Shown: in pieces, positions 14,728-18,558 of the stretch
How the letters are laid out: every line of letters starts with the position of its first letter
Position numbering within the stretch: position 1 is the first letter of the stretch
IMG/VR virus record: IMGVR_UViG_3300032093_008018
Coordinates: 1-18,558 of that record
Length of the DNA stretch: 18,558 nucleotides
Direction: 5' to 3' (one strand)
DNA from: a virus
Lineage: Duplodnaviria > Heunggongvirae > Uroviricota > Caudoviricetes
Position numbers and translations under genes: made by a program
Notes under the pieces: generated by a model
Seen by the model: only the letters and a program-made list of their open reading frames with translations
What the model was told of the DNA's origin: nothing
Database searches by the model: none

Positions 14728-14793
14728 TATACAATATTAACACTACTAACATAATAATAACTGCGATCGCCCCATTTTGAGTTCTCCTTATTG

Positions 14794-14868
14794 TGGCGGT
14801 CCCAAGGGGTAACGATCCCCTTCTTCAAGCGTGACAGGCTTGTGTGCGTCCATAAACACTTTGAGACC
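14794..14868 (-). tRNA. tRNA-Asp(GTC)
   Basis: loop CT-GTC-AC, G73, CCA; lacks U8/A14 and has T loop ATCGTTA. Confidence 0.9.
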
Positions 14869-14872
14869 TTAT

Positions 14873-14962
14873 TGGCGGAAGCGGTGAGATTTGAACTCAC
14901 GGACCATTTCTGATCGTCTGTTTTCAAGACAGGTGCAATAAACCGGACTCTGCCACACTTCC
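14873..14962 (-). tRNA. tRNA-Ser(TGA)
   Basis: type II cloverleaf, loop CT-TGA-AA, G73, CCA. Confidence 0.95.
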
Positions 14963-15423
14963 TAGATTTTGTATTTTGTTAAATCTTCAACACGCCAACG
15001 ATAGGCGTATCCTTTACCATACTCATTATTGAAGTAGAGTCTTAATGATGGAGGGTGATCCACATCAAGAATATAAACATGAGTTGAATCATATATAGGA
15101 TCATTGAATCCTATATAAACTTTTGTGTTACATTTACGAGCTATGTTTGTATAGCTGGTGTAAAATTTTTCATCAAATCCAAAATAATTAACGCCTCGGA
15201 TATTATAGACATTTCTTTTTTTAGCATCAATAAAACAGGCTTTGTCTGATTGAACATTGTGTAAAACGTAATCAGGAATCTGATCGTCGTCGCTGTCTCT
15301 ATGAATATCCCTAGTGTCGTGAATAGTCCAATTGGTTTTTGCAAAATGTCTTTGCATCCAATCTTCCATCTTAGTTTCCCAAGTTTCACCAATTTTAAGG
15401 CTTTCTAAAAATCTTTGTCCCAT
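14962..15423 (-). CDS. putative PD-(D/E)XK restriction-endonuclease-like protein
   Basis: E(W)E...PDYVL...FIDAKKR pattern. Confidence 0.6.
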   Translation of the reverse strand: MGQRFLESLKIGETWETKMEDWMQRHFAKTNWTIHDTRDIHRDSDDDQIPDYVLHNVQSDKACFIDAKKRNVYNIRGVNYFGFDEKFYTSYTNIARKCNTKVYIGFNDPIYDSTHVYILDVDHPPSLRLYFNNEYGKGYAYRWRVEDLTKYKI

Positions 15424-15428
15424 ACCTT

Positions 15429-15457
15429 ATAATATAGAAAAAAAATATAAATGTCAA
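15429..15457 (-). promoter_or_regulatory. sigma70 promoter TTGACA-17-TATTAT, predicting a leaderless mRNA
   Basis: the -10 box ends 6 nt before ATG 15423; no SD visible. Confidence 0.65.
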
Positions 15458-15535
15458 TGGAGTGAGGAGTCGGATTCGAACCGACGGTTTTAGAGTTTTG
15501 CAGACTCTTGCATTGGGCCTCTCTGCCATCCTCAC
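15458..15535 (-). tRNA. tRNA-Cys(GCA)
   Basis: loop CT-GCA-AA, U73, CCA. Confidence 0.95.
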
Positions 15536-15541
15536 ATTATA

Positions 15542-15616
15542 TGGTACACGGTAGGGGAATCGAACCCCTCTTACCTGCGTGAAAGGCGGGTGTCCTAACC
15601 GATAGACGAACCGTGC
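15542..15616 (-). tRNA. tRNA-Glu(TTC)
   Basis: loop CT-TTC-AC, CCA. Confidence 0.93.
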
Positions 15617-15670
15617 ATAAAAAGAACCTTTGTGTAGATCTATGACCTAGAGACAAAGGCCGTGTTTCAA

Positions 15671-15745
15671 TGGCATACCCCGAGGGATTCGAACCCCCAC
15701 CAGCGGTTTTGGAGACCGTCATGCTGCCGTTAACACCAGGGATAC
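15671..15745 (-). tRNA. tRNA-Trp(CCA)
   Basis: loop CT-CCA-AA, G73, CCA. Confidence 0.95.
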
Positions 15746-15749
15746 ACAG

Positions 15750-15837
15750 TGGTGGATGGAGTAGGATTCGAACCTACAGCGTTTCTTATGTGGCGGATTT
15801 ACAGTCCGTTGCCTTCAACCATTCGGCACACCCATCC
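15750..15837 (-). tRNA. tRNA-Tyr(GTA)
   Basis: loop CT-GTA-AA, long variable region, A73, CCA. Confidence 0.95.
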
Positions 15838-15900
15838 ATAACAAATAACACTCTCCTAATTGTAACCATTCATTCCTTTTTTTGAAATGATTAGGAGAGT

Positions 15901-15970
15901 GTGTAGTTAAGTATTCTCCGCTATGCTTTTAGACGCCGTCGTAGGGCGAATGGTGAATACTTAACTACAC
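15901..15970. repeat. perfect 16-bp inverted repeat enclosing a 38-nt GC-rich loop domain
   Basis: GTGTAGTTAAGTATTC (15901-15916) and GAATACTTAACTACAC (15955-15970). Confidence 0.85.
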
Positions 15971-16087
15971 TTGGTTTTTACACATCTGCGTTATCGCCAC
16001 AGACTTCTCATCCCCAAGGCCGCCCTCATTAGTAGCAAGATGTTTATAGTGCCCTGCAGGGTCGCGTTCCCTATTACACTTCGCGTT

Positions 16088-16246
16088 CTACGAAAGGTTT
16101 TCCCTACGTTCCCGCACTTTGTCCAGCGAGTAAAGTGCTTTGTTTCTTTCAACTTTAGACTCAATTAGTTTTTTAAACTGGTCTTCAGTTAAAACAAAAC
16201 CTTCACTGTGCTCTACTTTATAACTGTCTTCAATATCAAATTTCAT
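16088..16246 (-). CDS. small hypothetical protein, 52 aa (MKFDIEDSYKVEHSEGFVLTEDQFKKLIESK...)
   Basis: manually translated; AAGGA RBS; first gene after the terminator. Confidence 0.7.
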   Translation of the reverse strand: MKFDIEDSYKVEHSEGFVLTEDQFKKLIESKVERNKALYSLDKVRERRENLS

Positions 16247-16260
16247 TTTATCCTTGCTAC

Positions 16261-16295
16261 AAACAAAAACCCCAGGGTTTTTAATCCTGGGGTCC
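16261..16295 (-). terminator. intrinsic terminator (attenuator)
   Basis: GGACCCCAGG-ATTAAAAAC-CCTGGGGTT followed by TTTGTTT. Confidence 0.85.
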
Positions 16296-16346
16296 TTTTG
16301 AAGTTTGAGTTTACTTTTTCGTTAACTCGTGATCTTCACGGACCCC
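16289..16346 (-). promoter_or_regulatory. predicted antiterminator helix
   Basis: GGGGTCC/GGACCCC, TGAAG/CTTCA and GAGTT/AACTC nested stems; sequesters the terminator 5' arm. Confidence 0.7.
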
Positions 16347-16462
16347 TTACCTGGCACACGATCATTAGATAGGCTAATTGTCTCGCATGACCAATAGGTG
16401 GGCATAAAGCCTGCCTGTTTGGCTATCGATCTAAATTGTCCATGTAATGACGTTAATTTCAT
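16322..16462 (-). CDS. putative 46-aa leader peptide MKLTSLHGQFRSIAKQAGFMPTYWSCETISLSNDRVPGKGSVKITS
   Basis: ATG-to-TAA ORF between the promoter and the terminator; AAGGA about 11 nt upstream. Confidence 0.7.
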   Translation of the reverse strand: MKLTSLHGQFRSIAKQAGFMPTYWSCETISLSNDRVPGKGSVKITS

Positions 16463-16506
16463 TTGCTTCTATATCCTTTTTAGGCTGCACCATGCAGCGT
16501 TTAATA

Positions 16507-16535
16507 ATTATATGGTATGTTTATTTAGCTGTCAA
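16507..16535 (-). promoter_or_regulatory. sigma70 promoter TTGACA-17-TATAAT at the head of the tRNA array
   Basis: perfect consensus. Confidence 0.9.
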
Positions 16536-16629
16536 CAAAAATTTTGCACTCAAATGTGGCAATTTCGCCAAATTCTAAAATCTCACTAGCAAAAAAATAA
16601 CTCACTAAATATTCTAACTTTATTTATAT

Positions 16630-17616
16630 ATGTCAGAATTTCAAAAAATACCTTTTGAGCAAGTTGTAAGATTTGGTCAACGTACAATGTTAGACACTAA
16701 TCTGTTTTCTGTGAGTTGGATCCTAGGAAGATTTTGTAACTACAGTTGTTCCTATTGTTGGCCCTATGCACACAGTGACAAACCCGATCACCAAACCATT
16801 GAAGTTTACAAGAATACAATCGATCAAATAAAAAGTCAAGCCCGTAATAATGGATTTAATCGTTTTCATTGGAGTTTCAGTGGCGGAGAACCCACAGCCT
16901 ACAAAGATCTGTTGCAATTAATACAACATCTTGACGATGGTCCAACTACACCGTACCAAAGTGTACACATGACTACCAATCTCAGCCCGAGCATCAATTG
17001 GTGGAAAAGTTGGGCCAATGCTGTTAGTATGTTGCAGAGAAAGAGTGTTACAGCCAGTTACCATGTAGAACATGCTAAAGAATCAGATTTCGTTAACAAA
17101 TGCTTAAAATTAATGAACGAATATGTTTATGTTACTGTCAATCAAGTAATGGTACCTGAAAAGTTTTACGAATTATATGAACGCTGCGAGAGGTTTCATA
17201 AGAAAGGCATTAATGTAACTTTAAAACCTCAGAGCGATCCTACTGCTAGTTTTGTAGTAAGTGGTTACACTGAGGAAATGATCAATCTAATGCAAACAGG
17301 ATTTCCACAAACAGTAGAGGGAGAACAACTATATCAGATTGCTCTGTACGATCAAGAAGGCAGAGAATATCTGTTTGATCAAGCAGAAAGATTTAATGCA
17401 TTTGGGTTTAACAAATTTAAAGATTGGAAATGTAATTCAGGATACCAAAGTGTCATTATACGAGGTAATGAAGTAAAAAGAGGATACAGTTGCAGAGATT
17501 TAAGATTGGGAACTTTAGAACAGGGATTTAGTTTATTTGGAAATCCTGTTTCGTGCATAACAGAAACTTGTGTAAGTTCTGCAGACAGCAAAATACCAAA
17601 AGAAAAAAATGTTTAA
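16630..17616 (+). CDS. radical SAM protein
   Basis: CNYSCSYC (CX3CX2C), FSGGEP, TTN, and C-terminal Cys cluster CNSG...CITETCVSSAD. Confidence 0.92.
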   Translation: MSEFQKIPFEQVVRFGQRTMLDTNLFSVSWILGRFCNYSCSYCWPYAHSDKPDHQTIEVYKNTIDQIKSQARNNGFNRFHWSFSGGEPTAYKDLLQLIQHLDDGPTTPYQSVHMTTNLSPSINWWKSWANAVSMLQRKSVTASYHVEHAKESDFVNKCLKLMNEYVYVTVNQVMVPEKFYELYERCERFHKKGINVTLKPQSDPTASFVVSGYTEEMINLMQTGFPQTVEGEQLYQIALYDQEGREYLFDQAERFNAFGFNKFKDWKCNSGYQSVIIRGNEVKRGYSCRDLRLGTLEQGFSLFGNPVSCITETCVSSADSKIPKEKNV

Positions 17617-18558
17617 TTTTTCAAATTTAAAACAAATTCATCTTGAAATTACAAACAATTGTCAAGCTAGTTGCCCTATGTGTAATAGAAATATAAATGG
17701 AGGAATAGACAATCCATTGATCAAAATAAAAAATTGGACTATTGATGATTTTAAAAAAGTAATAACTTTAGAAGTATTGCAACAACTTAGTAGTTATTAT
17801 TTTTGTGGCAACTTTGGAGATCCAATTCTTAATAACGATCTAATAAAAATGTGTGAATATAGCAATAATCATTCGCCAAATACCGGAATTGTAATCCACA
17901 CTAACGGTAGTGCTAGATCTGTTGATTGGTGGAAAACTTTAGCGAATGTCCTACCAAAAAATCATAGAGTAGTGTTTGCATTAGATGGTCTATTCGATAC
18001 TCATCAATTATACAGAATAGGAACCAAGTTTGAAACTGTTTTAGAAAATGCCAAAACATTTATTGAAGCCGGGGGTATTGCCGAATGGGTTTTTATAAAA
18101 TTTAAACACAATGAACATCAAGTTGACGAAGCAAGATTACTATCTCAACAATTAGGTTTTAAATATTTTACTCTTAAAAATTCTAGTAGATTCATATTAG
18201 AACCTAAAATAAATGTAATGAATAAACAAAAGAAAATAACCCATTTTATAGAACCAGCATCAGATGTACCTTTAAAATTTATAGATAAAAAGATAATTGA
18301 TAATTATCAACAAATAGTTGACAAATCTATCATTAGTTGCAAGTCTAAAAATGATAAAGAAGTTTACATTGATGCATATGGAGATCTTTTTCCATGTTGT
18401 TGGTTAGCTAGCGTTCCGTACAGTTATATTAATCCAGATGAGGCGTTAGCAGTAAGGCAAAAGATGAGAGAGCAACACGATGAATTGGTAAAGAAATTAG
18501 GATCTGTTAATACTTTTGAAAGATCAATCAAAGAGATCATAGAAAGCCATGCGTATCA
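17609..18558 (+). CDS. radical SAM protein with a SPASM/twitch-like C-terminus (truncated by the window)
   Basis: MFNFSNLKQIHLEITNNCQASCPMC (CX3CX2C), FCGNFGDP, HTNGS, GDLFPCCW; overlaps the upstream stop. Confidence 0.9.
   Translation, partial: MFNFSNLKQIHLEITNNCQASCPMCNRNINGGIDNPLIKIKNWTIDDFKKVITLEVLQQLSSYYFCGNFGDPILNNDLIKMCEYSNNHSPNTGIVIHTNGSARSVDWWKTLANVLPKNHRVVFALDGLFDTHQLYRIGTKFETVLENAKTFIEAGGIAEWVFIKFKHNEHQVDEARLLSQQLGFKYFTLKNSSRFILEPKINVMNKQKKITHFIEPASDVPLKFIDKKIIDNYQQIVDKSIISCKSKNDKEVYIDAYGDLFPCCWLASVPYSYINPDEALAVRQKMREQHDELVKKLGSVNTFERSIKEIIESHAY

Noticed and set aside
16005-16040. Hammerhead-like CTAATGAG core on the minus strand
   Set aside because: The G5 position is A and there is no GAAA after a stem II

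Overview
Fragment of a large, AT-rich, probably T4-like (jumbo/freshwater-type) bacteriophage genome. Most of the window is transcribed on the minus strand from near-consensus sigma70 promoters, and T4-late-like (A/C)TAAATA motifs precede several other genes. The core (about 5.4-16.5 kb) is a tRNA array with 28 conventional tRNA genes, all with encoded CCA and together covering all 20 amino acids. It also holds one expanded tRNA-like gene, several non-tRNA structured RNA candidates and small ORFs: an RNA polymerase omega subunit, two SGNH hydrolases and a PD-(D/E)XK-like nuclease. On the left are thyX, an Hc1 histone-like protein, a metallophosphoesterase, a CX5R phosphatase and hypothetical genes. 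On the right are two tandem radical SAM genes on the plus strand. The most notable feature is at the head of the array. A perfect sigma70 promoter drives an unannotated 46-codon leader ORF that uses all 20 amino acids and 38 different codons. Its 3' end overlaps an antiterminator that competes with an intrinsic terminator. This looks like a ribosome-coupled attenuator that would switch on the tRNA array when any host tRNA becomes limiting. All RNA structures were folded by eye and need computational confirmation.
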